Of a DNA stretch of 64,000 nt, positions 29,783 through 45,430 are shown piece by piece. A program made the position numbers and the translations under genes. Under the pieces are notes generated by a model. That model saw only the letters and a list, made by a program, of their open reading frames with translations. It was not told the DNA's origin and did not search any database. The first letter of the stretch is position 1; each line of letters begins with the position of its first letter. Source of the DNA: the human T2T-CHM13v2.0 reference genome, Homo sapiens; the NCBI RefSeq assembly GCF_009914755.1, contig NC_060947.1. The stretch is one strand, 5' to 3'.

Positions 29783-30510
29783 TTTTGCTTTTAGTATTAT
29801 TTTCCTCTCCTGACCATAGGCAATTTTTATTTTAACATTCTACCAACATGTTAATCTAAAAACTGAGCTTGGATGACTCATATGCAGTTTTTCTCCCTTC
29901 TCAGATTCATAAGACTAGAGTGATGGCTTTTTCTCGTTTCCCTTGTGCTTATATTGATATCCAGGTACTAAAGATTCTTCCATTTTCCCCTTTTTCCATT
30001 TCCTCACCAACTCTGTAGTCAGTGCTGAAGTCCAGAGGTTGTTTGCACTCAGGAGATAGCTCCTGGCTGTCTCCAAGCTTCCCATTTCCCTACCACATTT
30101 CCCATAGCAGGAGAAAAAGTATACGTTCTTCTGGAATCCTGGCTCCTATTATTATGAACCTGCTATATTTCTGAATTGCCACACAGAAGTAAGACTTTAA
30201 AAGGCAAGATTACTCAACTTCTCCACACCAACAAAATAAACTGGCTCAATCTTTGAGTTCAATAATTAACCAAATATTTATTGATCACCTCTGTTGTTCT
30301 AGGCTTTGTTCTAAGTGCTAAGGAGCAGCTTGATGATGAAGAGCTACTGTCCTAGTTCCCATGTACTCATTTGTTCCACCATTAGAGCCTATGCAAATGC
30401 CATTGCCTACACCAGAAATGACCTTCCTCCTTCCTCCTCCCTCCTCCTCCTACCTGAGAGATTATGTCACTCATCCCCCAAATTAATTTTCTTCCTGAAG
30501 TTTTTCATGA

Positions 30511-30851
<341 letters not shown>

Positions 30852-30938
30852 AGCTGGCCCCTATTCTTAAAATGTCTGTGTAGCCATTCTTAGTAATATG
30901 TATGTGTTGTGAATACACATGGCTTCAGTTATGGTTAG

Positions 30939-34055
<3,117 letters not shown>

Positions 34056-34421
34056 GAAAAATAATAATACAGCAATAAAAAATAATACGAATGAAAAACA
34101 ATACAGTATAACAACTACTTACATGGCATTTATAATGTATTAGATATTACAAGTCATCTAGAGGTGATTTAGAGGATACAGGGGGATGTGAGCAGGCTAT
34201 ATGCAAATAAGACACCATTTTAGATTATGGACTTGAGCATCTGAGGATTTTGGTTATCTGCAGGGGTCCTGGAAAGCCATCCCCCATGGATAGCAAAGGA
34301 CAACTGTATTTGTCTGTTCTCCTCGACTACGAGTTCAACTGTTAGGAGGGAGGACAGTTGCCTAATATGTCATAATAATAATGAACCCTTCACCTTTTTG
34401 AGATTGAATTGTCTGACTATA

Positions 34422-34920
34422 TCTGTCAGGTCTAGTTGGGAGGCAGAAATCACATTAGCTGTTTTAACAGAGAGAACTTGATATAATAAATTGTTAGTCT
34501 GGTATTGGAGATCCAGAAAGGCAAAATGGGGACACAGGTATTTCAGAGGTTGTAACTGCTGCAAGTTGCTCTACCCCTAGGACTGGGGAACACGGGAAAG
34601 AAGTTGAAATGGTTAAAAGTTAATAACTTGGAAGAGGAGATGCTGCTCAGCTGGTGTTGATATCTCCAAGGGAGCAAATGTCACTTCCAGGGTGAAGAAT
34701 CCTTGCTGGGGTGACACTGACAGAAACAGTAAGCAAATGTGGATGAGCAAGTCCCTTCTCCTCCTTCTATCCTCACAGCCTTCCTAGTGTGCTCCTGTTG
34801 GCAAAGTATAACAGGGAGCATCTGACCAAGCAGAAATGTACCAAGTACTAGCCCTTGATACCTCTGAGAGCAGAACTAAGCAGGGCAGGTTTGGAGGCAA
34901 GAGAGAAGAGTTTTATAATC
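34422..34920 (-). mobile_element. Ancient LTR-like element, family uncertain
   Basis: TGTCAGGTCTAGTTGGGAGGCAGAAATCACA...AATTGTTA resembles antisense old ERV LTRs. Confidence 0.4.
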
Positions 34921-35758
34921 AAAAGGCTTACTTGGGGGGCAATGGGTCACAGAAATCTAAAATTTTCAGACACTTAAACTGAATCCCACGCCTACCTCTG
35001 ACCTTAATGCATTTTCTGTGCATTTTACTTGTCCAAAGAAATCCATTATGCTTGCAGTTTTTAGAGAATGAGTAATGTTTAAAATCAGCGCCCAGTAGGA
35101 AACTTTCAGAATTTGTTAATGGAGTTTTCATGTGTTCTCCTAAGCAGAGGTAGTTGGGGGTGTCCCACAAAGCTTAACCTTACCTGCTACACTGCACTAC
35201 ATGAAAACCATGTCCTGGGTGAGCCTGGGAGAGTCTGGTATCACCTCGCTTCGGTGAGCCTGGGATCGGGCATCTCAAGCTGAGCAACAAAAAGAAAATG
35301 TGTGCTTTTCTGCTGAGCCAAAGTGGCTGTTGGAGAATTTCACTGAGACTTCATTTGTTGGAAGTCTTTTTCATCTTTATGTTGTGTGTTAAGGGAAGGT
35401 GATGATTGTTTATTCTTTGTAATTTCTTCCATTTCTGGTTATGCTCTGTTCAGAAGACTGCAGTTTTCAATTACATAGGTAGGAGGTCTTTAGAATACTT
35501 TTAGAAAGACTTTTCTTAGTACAAAAGGGATACATGCTCATTGAAGGTAATTTATTAAACAGTGAAGCAAAAAGAAAAGCATAAAAATCACCTGTAGTTC
35601 CGCTTCCCAGAGATAATTACTGTTGATATTACAAATGTTGTGTTACATATCATTACGTATGTATATTATATATGTATGTGTGTTTTTATACACACACTTT
35701 AAAATACATACTTAAGAGTAGCATATATATTATTAAAAGGGGACAATTCTTCACTGCC

Positions 35759-36150
35759 TGTCTTAGTCTGTTTTCTGTTGCTTATAATAGAATCCCCGAA
35801 ACCAGGTAAATTGTAAAGAAGAGGAATTTGTTTCTTACAGTTTTGAAGGCTGAGAAATCCAAGGTCAAAGGGCCACGTCTGGTGAGAGCCTTCTTGCTGG
35901 TAGGGACTCTTCAGAGGCTGGAAGCGGTATGGGACATCACATGGTGAGTAGGTGAGTGTGCTGGCTTAAATCTTTCCTCTTATAAAAAAATATCAGTCCC
36001 GATTCCATGAGAACCCATTAATCCCATTAACAAATTAAGAGCCCTTATGACCCAATCACCTCTTAAAGGTCCCACCTCTAAATGCTGCCACATTGGGAAT
36101 TAAATCTCAACATGAGTTTTGGAGAGGACGAATATTCAAATGATAGCATT
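35759..36150 (-). mobile_element. MST (MSTB/C-like) solo LTR
   Basis: TGTCTTAGTCTGTTTTCTGTTGCTTATAATAGAAT...ATTCAAATGATAGCA. Confidence 0.85.
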
Positions 36151-36649
36151 ACCTATTTGGTAATCTTTCATTTAACAAGCAAGTTGCTCCTGTACTAAAA
36201 TTTCTAAATTGTTGTCTGTAGTAAGCATTATGCCTGTTCAGTCCTCTCAGTTACATCCTGCTGGCTACAACACGGGAATAATCACACACACTCGTCTTAT
36301 GTATCCCTTAGTTACTTAAAAATATTTGCTTCAGTAATTGTCTACACATCTCAACCATGATCTGGTATCCTGGAGAATAAAGAAATATGTAGATGGCTGA
36401 GAATTTTCAAAAGCATTAAGGCATCACAACTTAGATTGGTCTTAAGTCCTCTCTTATTGGTTAAGATTTTACTCACTTCTAGTCTTCATGAGGATTTCTC
36501 TATTTGAGGCTACACTGAGCATAAGCAAACAGTGAATCAGCAGGTACAAACAAGTTTTGATAACCTATCTTCCTCATAAAAGGCCTGCCCTACTGTTTCT
36601 ATTCATTGTAGTTTTTTATGCACAGAATTTTGCTCCTAGTGTCTCCCTT

Positions 36650-39600
36650 AGCTACATAGCTCAAACGCTGAAAGTAATCATTATAAAGAGGAAAAGAAAG
36701 CAGGTCAAATTAATTTAAATAGCATAATTTATTTAACCCAATATATCCAAATATTATCATTTCAAAATGTGATAAAAATGAAACATATATTATTGAAATA
36801 TTTACATTCTTTTTTTAGTATTGAGTCTTTGAAAACTGTTTTTTCTTTTAAAAAAACTTACAGCATATCTCTTTTTGTGCGCTAAATTTTCACTGAGAAT
36901 ACTTGATCTGAATCTAGATTTCATAAAATTTTCAGTTGAAAAAGTTGGTTCACATACTCAAGGGCTTTCAAACATACTTAAAAGTTTTCCAATAACTAAA
37001 TCAGGTACTGAAAATCATCTTCCTTTAATATTTGCATCCACATTGACAAAATGATTTATTGTTTTGAGGAGAATTGTTTTGACTTTGAATAAAAAGGGTA
37101 TCAGTTTGAAAACTACATCTGTCTAAATTAAGTATATTCCCTAAGTCTTCTTTCACCTCAGTATGATTAATAAGTTCAAAGGGGTATTGCATAAATTGAA
37201 AAACAGCTCTTATCAAATAGAAAAGAATTCTTCAAATTTTTCCAGTCGTTCTGTTTTGCAACCAACTTACCAATTACAATTTAAATCCTCTGCATATGCT
37301 TTCCACATCAGAAAAATGTGAAAAATCATTATTAGTGATTTCTATTATGAAAAGATTCGATTTCAACCTAAATTCTTATACCTGTCTAGCTTACAAATAA
37401 GCTTTTCTTTTTCTTGGAACTTCAAGTTGAGCTCATTCCTCAACATCATTAGCCATCAGGGAAATGCAAATCAAAACTACCATGAAATACCACTTCCCAC
37501 CCACTAGGATGGCTATGTTAAAAAAGACAGATAGTAACAGTGTTGGCAAGGATGTGGAGAAATTGGAACTCTCATACACTGCTGGCAAGAATGTAAAATG
37601 GTGTAGCCACTTTGGAAAAGAGTTTTACAATACTTCACAAAGTTAAACATAGAGTTACCATATATGACCCAGCAATTACACTCCTAAAATCTAGAAGAGA
37701 AATGAAAACATGTCTACACAAAAACTTGTACATGGATGTTCATAGCAGCATTATTTATAACAGACCCAAAGTGGAAACAACACGAATGTCATCAACTGAT
37801 GAATCCATAAATAAAATGTGGTGTATCCATATAATAGAATATTATTCAGCAATAAAAAGAAAGGAAATACTGATATATGCTACAACATGATGAACCTTGA
37901 AAGCATTAAAATAATTGAAAGAAAGCTGTAACAAAGGACCACATATTGTATGATTCCATTTATATGAAATGTCCAGGATAGGAAAATCTGTAAGGATAGA
38001 ACATAACTTGGTGACTGCCAGGAGCTAGGTGGAGTGGAAAGCTGGGGAGAAATAGGGAGTGACTGCTAATGGGTGTGGAATAGTTCTGGGGGATAATGAA
38101 GTGTTCTAAAATTAGTTTGTGGGGGATGGCTATACGATTCTGTGAATATGTTAAAAACCCATTGAAGTATACCCTTTAAATGGGTGAATTGTATGGTATG
38201 TGAATTATATCTCAATAAAGCTGATGTGAACAGTTTAGTTTATTCATGTGCAATGTGATATCAGTGAAAAAATGTAAATCCCACTGCCATTTTTGTCTTT
38301 GATTATTGAATATTTGGCATGTATTCCTTTTCCTCTAAGAATATCTTAAATTTGATTTAAAGGTACTTTACAATAAATCTTTGCAAAGCTCGTTCACAAC
38401 TTAGCCAATAAGCATTGGCAAAGAACAGAAGATCATTGTCTTCTATTTCTGTCAACAGTTCCATAAACTGGCAATGATTCATAGCATTTGCATGTGTACA
38501 GAACAATTTTAATAACTGTATCCATGACACTTTTCCTAGGTTTGCTTCAGAAAACTCAGCACAAATGTTTTAAGTATGTATCATACAGTGGAACAAAGCC
38601 ATAAGGGAAACATCAGTCTTTAGTTTAAAAATTTAATAAAACCATATTTTTGAAACTAACATAGCTGGAGCATCATCTGTTATGATAGAAACTAATGCTT
38701 TTCATATCTCATTGAAATTCTTCTTTGACAGATGTAACATTAAAAAAATCTACATCATAAATTTGATTTTTAAGCTACTAATCGACATCATTTTTTTTGG
38801 GGGGGGGGGGTAAATTTGTGAGTCTTTTGAGACAAAATGTACCCAAAACATTACTTAGGCAGTATCACTTACATCACCTGACTAATCTAAAGCTTTGGAA
38901 AGTACATAAAGTTTTTCAAAGTTTGAATCAATTCCTCCTTAAAATTGTTAGAAAGGCCTTAGTACTCCACGGGCAATTGTTCGGTAGCATAATTGACAAG
39001 CTTCTGCACTTTATAAAATATCATTTTTTGTCTTATTCTTCTAATTTTCTAACACAATTTCCACAACTCAAATATTAGATATCTTATTAGTTTTCTATTT
39101 TAAAATGGTTTTCTTTTGTTGTAAGGATTCAAACCATTATATATCTGGCCAAAGTTAGAAGTCAATTGAAAGTTGTTGTTGGTCATTTCTTTCTGATTTC
39201 AGGTGGCCAATTTCATTGATTCTTTTTTGACTATTGATAGAAATTTCTAATCAAATTCCCTATGTATTTGCTGAAGATGTGTTTTAGTGTTGTCCACTTC
39301 ATTACCTTTTCAATTTTTTACACAATTATTTCATTTTACTCTGTGGCAGCAGGTTGCAATTCCCATTAATTTGTGACGTACCTTCTTTCAATTTGTTTCT
39401 TTCCTGTTCCTATCATAGTATCAGTTTCTGCCTCTTCTCTCAATGTTGTATCAGTTGTATGTCTTCACTTTAAACTTAAAAATTTGTCTATACTTTTTTT
39501 GGAGACTAGAAAAGTAATTAAATTGTATTATCATTAAGATAAACATTTCAATTTTAATACAAATTATGATTTACATAGATATTATTGTAACTCATGCTGT

Positions 39601-39800
39601 CTATATAAAATATTCAAGTAAGCATCACAATGACACATTGGTACATTCAAACTGAATCAATCCATTGACACTGATTACATTGGTGAGGTAATAATGTGTA
39701 ATACTCTCTAGAAATGAGACACACGCCCACCATGTGCACTAAAAGACAATGATAATAGCTTATGTGATGCAATGGTTAATGTGAAATGTAGTCCTTTGCC
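36650..39800 (-). mobile_element. Charlie (Charlie5/MER33-related) hAT DNA transposon fossil with transposase remnants, split by L1MB
   Basis: Minus-strand LVSIITDDAPAM (38660-38695), HCMIH (38576-38590), NHCQF, YWLSCERALQR (~38375-38410) are hAT motifs; MER33-like AT-rich end at 36700-36960. Confidence 0.75.
37440..38225 (+). mobile_element. L1MB 3' end
   Basis: MQIKTTMKYH ORF2 C-terminus; 3'UTR GTGAATTATATCTCAATAAAGCTG. Confidence 0.85.
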
Positions 39801-42038
39801 TTTTCTACTTCATTGCTGGCACTATCATTATTATCATCTTTACTTAGAAAATTATTGCTTCATTATTTAGCCCTCAGCCTTGGTGTGACTTCCTCAAGGA
39901 AGATTTCTCTGCTTCTTCCACTAGGCTGCACCAGTCAAACTGTTTAAATATTACAAGAGTAGCAAGGTGCCAGCTTGAGTTTCAGAAGCTTGAAAGAGAG
40001 AAGCCTGATTATGACTTCCCAGGTGGTGTGGAGTTCCTCTTGACCCAGATAACTTGAAGGAAGAAGAAATTAGGCCCAATACGTGTAGCTCAATAAGTAA
40101 TAGCTTAGGTATTCCAAGGACATGGGCATTTTGAGTATAGCATGGTGTTTGCCATTCAGATTTGTCCCTTGCATGAGTATAAGCCCCATAGAGAGCAGAG
40201 CATTTGGATGGCAAGTAAAACTGGAATCCTTAAATATCCATAGAACATTGAAGAAGCCAAGATCTTACCTAACAGAATGTTATCCACAAGGGATATACTA
40301 CTGAGCAGCTCCCACGAAAACTCCAGTACATTGGTCCAGGACACAGTGGTTCTTGGTCAGAGTGCATATCTTCCTGAGTAAGTGTGAGATATCCATGGCG
40401 ACTTCCAGAGAGCTCCAAGACATATTTTAAAGGAGTCCAAGGTTTTCAATGAGTATGTAGGAGTAAGATCCAGTGGAATCTGCACCACTGTTAATGTGCC
40501 TCCCTTTAAACCCTCGCTTCATCCTTTAATAACAGATTTTCAATGTGTGTGTCTGATCAGATGTGTGGATCCTAAGCTCTGTCTATTTATGTCTATTTTC
40601 CCTTCTTGACTTTTTAACCCCTGATGAATAGGGATTTTTAAAAATTAATCTTGGTATCCTCAGTGTCTGTCAAACGATGTGTCAGGATCACAGGAGATGA
40701 ACAATAAATAGTTGTTAACTGAATGAATTAATGAATGAATGAACACGTTTTAATTGGAGCCATTTGAGGCAATGTCCAGTCTTATTGTTTGATCCAGAGA
40801 AGCTACTATAATCATGGACATTTCAAGCTATGCAGGAAGGGAGATTATCGATATGACAGACCAAGAGAGGGATATATTTTTCCACAGGATTGATTTGTCT
40901 AGATCTGTAAGTTTTCTACCTACACAAAAAAGTCATCCCTGATTCTTAATGATGGAAGGGAAGAAAGACCTTGTGTATATTGCCTGCACTAAGGCTTCGC
41001 TATCTGCACCAAATATATTTTGTTTGAGAAAGAGAGGACTCTATCTGCATTTCATTTTTGTAAAACCCCTTTCTCCTAGTATACAATGGCTTTGTAAAAG
41101 ACCAAAAACAATATAAATGAAAGTCTTATTTTTAATTTTGTAAATGCCACAACAAAGGACAGCCATAATGCCTGTGCACTTTCTTACCCTACCTATGGAT
41201 GTCTTTGAATCACAACTGTAAGGTTGCCTCAGCAATGATCTCAATTCCAAACAGACTCCATCTTTGTGCTTTGCACTGAGGTTGGAAGAAAGCCACATTC
41301 ACAGGGATGAGTTTGATGATAGAATTGAAAAAGGTATTTTCCACATGATACCAGCCTGGTTCTACCAATTTGAATTCCCAGGTCTCAACAACTGCCAGGT
41401 AGTAACAGCTGTAGCTTTCTCTTGACAATAAAAATGGAGGATTTCTGCAAAACTGCTATGGATTATGAAGCAGCCTCATTTTCCACTGCTTCAGTAATTG
41501 AGGGCTTCCAAATTCTCTGTGGGTGTTAGAGCTTCTGTTTTCTAATGGTAGAGAAGGGAATGTTTTGTTTTGTCAGAATTAGCTTTTGTGGGGGCTTTCA
41601 AATACTTAGCTCTGAACAGGTTAGGAAGACAAAACTCCTCATTTTGCTGGGATTAGGTTACCGGTTCCTTGGTAATTCCTAGTTGGCCTATTTCTTTTGG
41701 ATGACTTTGTTCTGCCAGAACATCACCTGTCTTAACTAAGCATAGTTAACATTTTAAAAATCATTTTATATCTCATTCATTAATTCATCCACTAGCTAGT
41801 TATTAATACTACTCTGTGCAAAGTACTGCAGGATCTCAAGATGTGTTAGAAACTGTCCCTACTCTGTAGTACTCTGAAATTCATTGAGCCATAAGAACAT
41901 AGGCACAATAAGTATTCCAGAAAAATGAATGAGAAATACCTGCAAGGAAGTGTTATAAAAATGCCAGGAGGGAGGAATAATTCCTAGTTAAGAAAGCAGG
42001 GAAACTTTGTGTAAAATGTGGTATTTAAAAGGTGGAGG

Positions 42039-42208
42039 GGCCAGGCATGGAGCCTCTTGTTCATAATCCCAGCACTTTGGGAGGCTGAGGTGGGAGGATT
42101 GCTTAAGCCCAGGAGTTTAAGGCTGCAGTGAGCTGCGATTGCACCACTAAATTCCAGCCTAGGCAACAGAGCTAGACCCTGTCTCTAAAAAATAAAAATA
42201 AAATAAAA
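42039..42208 (+). mobile_element. Alu monomer (FRAM/FAM-like)
   Basis: Single arm GGCCAGGCATGG...GAGGATTGCTTAAGCCCAGGAG...A tail; flanks AAAAGGT. Confidence 0.85.
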
Positions 42209-42310
42209 GGTCAAGGAATTTCACTTGGGTAGAATGGCATGAGAGGTGAGACTGGCAGTAAACCATGCAGGGAAGAATATGTAATGACTGGTTTGACTGA
42301 TGTATAGATC

Positions 42311-42512
42311 CAGTGCTATGCTGGAGCTAGCTGGTACTGGGTGTGAGAGCCCATGGTGTGCATCTCTTCTCAACTTTGTGTTCAGTGATGTCATGCTGAT
42401 AGCTCAAAATCAACCACGGTGGCGGGAATTTTTACACCACGGAAATTAGCAAATGCCACAAATCAGGGTTTTGCTCTTGTTTTTTGAAATCTGGTTTAAA
42501 AGCACACCACTG
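42311..42512. mobile_element. MER63-like hAT element
   Basis: TIRs CAGTGCTATGCT...AGCACACCACTG; core TTTACACCACGGAAATTAGCAAATG. Confidence 0.7.
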
Positions 42513-42519
42513 GATATAT

Positions 42520-43420
42520 TGCATTATTATTCGTATAAACTCCCTGAATCTCGAACCCTTGCCTTGAGAGTTTAACGTTTCTGCCACTAGAGGCAGAAGA
42601 TATTTCACTGCCCCATTGATTTTGGGTTTGGCCAGGTGATAGTTGCTTTGACCAAAAGGATGTCAGCAGATGTGATGTGAGCAAATGCTTGAAATGTACT
42701 TGCTTAGTTAGGCTTGTGCTTTGTCACTCTTTCCTTTCACCATGAGGAGGATATTTTATGGGCAACTTTCTATTTCCAGAAAAATGACAGATGCATGAAG
42801 CAGAGGTAAACTGAACTGATAGCAGAGCACCAAGCCCAGCAGAACCCATCCAAGATCAGCAGAGCCCAGAACACATGTAGATATGTGAGCCAGAAGTAAA
42901 TGCTTATGTTTGCATGCAACTGAGATTTTGTAGTTGTTGTTTATGTAACAATAGCTAATGAATTGGATTAGGCTCCTATTTCTGCTATAATGAATTACCA
43001 CAAACTTAGTGGCTTAAAACAACACAAGTTTATTCTCTTATAGTTTTGGAGATCAGAAGTTTTAGATGAATCTTATAGAAGTAAAATAAAGATGTTAGTA
43101 GGTCTGACTCCTGGAGGCTCCAGGGAATAATCTCTTCTTTGTCTCTCCCAGTTTCTAGAGGCTGCTAGAATTCCTTGATTCATGGCTGCCTCACTTCAAA
43201 TTCTGCTGCTGCCTTCACATCCTCCTCTCTTATCTCTAACATTCTGTCTAGGACTCTTATGATTACACTGGACTCACCTGGATAATCCATGTTAATCTCC
43301 CCATCTCCAGATGCTTAGCTTAATCACATCTACAAAGTCCCTTTTACTAGGTAAGGTAACATTCACAGGTTCTGGGGGTTAAGACATAGACATTTTTGGG
43401 TACCATTCTTTAGCCCACTA
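42520..43420. mobile_element. Two adjacent MLT1 LTRs (+ 42520-42965; - MLT1C/D-like 42970-43420)
   Basis: First ends TTTATGTAACAATAGCTAA; second has TACCACAAACTTAGTGGCTTAAAACAACAC...TTAGCCCACTACA. Confidence 0.7.
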
Positions 43421-43442
43421 CACTGACATAGATGGAGAACAA

Positions 43443-43511
43443 AGCATATTTTCACCATTTCAAATGGTGAACATTTCACCACTGCACCATTTGGAATGGT
43501 GAAAATATGCT
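43443..43511. repeat. 27-bp-stem hairpin with internally palindromic arms
   Basis: AGCATATTTTCACCATTTCAAATGGTG / CACCATTTGGAATGGTGAAAATATGCT, one mismatch, 15-nt loop. Confidence 0.9.
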
Positions 43512-43543
43512 GCAAAGACATTGGGGTTAACTGGTGGGTGCTC

Positions 43544-43928
43544 AAGGTCACTAATGATGAATGGCTAGCCTTCCTCTGCCACTAACTAATTTTTTTGGTC
43601 CTTTTTCAATTGTCATTCTTACTGACATTTATCCACAACACTCAACATTATTGATGCTGATATTGTTCCTTGTCACCTAGGATGCTACACTGTCCTGATT
43701 TCTTCATTTTAGTGAATTAACAGCACCACTAATCAGAGTAGGGAGCCATGGGGCCTCTCATTTTAAAGAAGGGGAAAACACCAATGGTAGTTAGAAATAA
43801 AATAAGACGGTACATTTAGTGGGGAATGTGTTTTGGTTAGTAAATCATTGAAGACAAACAAACCAAAGACAGAAAAACAGAGTTAAGGTCCCAGTGGAAG
43901 CTGAAACTGTATATGCTCAACCCCAGAT
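43544..43928 (-). repeat. Left arm of ~385-bp inverted duplication (likely the derived copy)
   Basis: Reverse complement of 45045-45430; hand alignment gives ~34 mismatches and 2 small indels. Confidence 0.93.
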
Positions 43929-45044
43929 GCCTTGTTGCTCATCACTTTTCAGTAATACCATCACATTAATTTTTTTTTTAAATACAAATAATAAAAACAA
44001 TTAGAAGTAAAACCATCATTGGTCTGGAAGGAGTGGGATATACATTTGGTGGAATCTATGATGGTTTTGATGTGGAGATTGATACACTTAGCATTGTGCT
44101 TGAGGAAAATTAGTTTGGTAGCCTCGGGTAGGATGAATTGAACTGGGGAGAAACTAGAAGAAAGGAGGCTAGAAAGAACATTAGTCCAGTGGAAAATTGA
44201 TGAGGAGGATCTGAACCAAGGGCATAGCAGTGGAAAAGGAAGAATAGGGATGGTTGTTTTAGGAACTGAGTAATAACTCTATAGTTTCAAGCTTGGGTGA
44301 GTGTTGGTTGCCTGTAATAGATATAGAAAACTCAAGAAGAGGGGCTGGGCTGGGTAGGTGTTGGGGGTGATGAAGATTACAATACATGATTTTTTTGGTT
44401 CTTAATGGTGAATTTAAGGTGCTTTTAGGATATGCATTTTCTCTCTAGATCATACATTACTTGAGTCTGGTTATTAGTCTCATTAATTTTTGTACTCTCA
44501 ATGTCTAACAGAGTAACTGGCATTTGTTAGGCTCTCAATAAATATTTATTGAAGGATGGAAGGAAGGTGGGAGAGGAGGAGAAAAGAGGTGACTGCCTGT
44601 TTTTCTCCCACTCTCCACTCTGGCTGACCTACCCTAGATGAGTGGCTTACAGGACAGGGAGTGCAGTTTGAAGACAGGTCCTCCAGTTGCTCTGATCCAA
44701 GACTGGGAAAATACTCTTCTGTCTTTTTTTCCAGACAAAGATTCCTTATAGGCAGCTCGGCCAATGAGCAGAACAGATAAATATGCAACCAGATGATACT
44801 TTACCAACTCTGACTTTATCAGTACAAAGTGAGAAAAAGCAGGTATGTGTTATTCCCAGAAGATATTGCAAGTGTGCAGGTCCAAGGTGTTCCTTATGCA
44901 CTTCACCCATCTCTCATGATCTCTTCCTTTGCCTGAGGCGCAAACTCTTTCTAAACTTCTTCCAGACCACTGATTGCTTTACTTCTAATTATTTTGTGTT
45001 TTGAAAAATCAATATGAAGGCATTTCTCAAAGGGGCGACAGGAA

Positions 45045-45430
45045 ATCTGGTGTTGACCATATACAGTTTCAGCTTCCACTGGGACCTTAATTAACTCTGT
45101 TTTTCTGTCTTCAGTTTGTTTGTCTTCAATGACTCACTCACCATAACACATTCCCCTCTACATGTACTGTCTTATTTTATTTCTAACTACCATCGGTGTT
45201 TTCCCCTTCTTTAAAGTGAGAGACCCCATGGCTCCCTATTCTGATTAGTAGTGCTGTTGACTCAATAAAATGAAGAAATCAAGATAGTGTAGCATCCTAG
45301 ATGACAAGGAACAGTATCAACATCAATAATGTTAAGCGTTGTGGATAAATGTCAGTAAGAATGACAATTGAAAAAGGACCAAAAGATTTGGTTAGTTGGA
45401 GGAGAAGGCTAGCTATTCATTAGTGACCTT
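45045..45430 (+). repeat. Right arm of ~385-bp inverted duplication (likely the source copy)
   Basis: e.g. CATATACAGTTTCAGCTTCCACTGGGACCTTAA is the reverse complement of TTAAGGTCCCAGTGGAAGCTGAAACTGTATATG; its L2 portion continues past 45430. Confidence 0.93.

Noticed and set aside
35218-35265. 13-bp direct repeat GGTGAGCCTGGGA with 22-bp spacer
   Set aside because: Only two copies, not an array; likely a small local duplication
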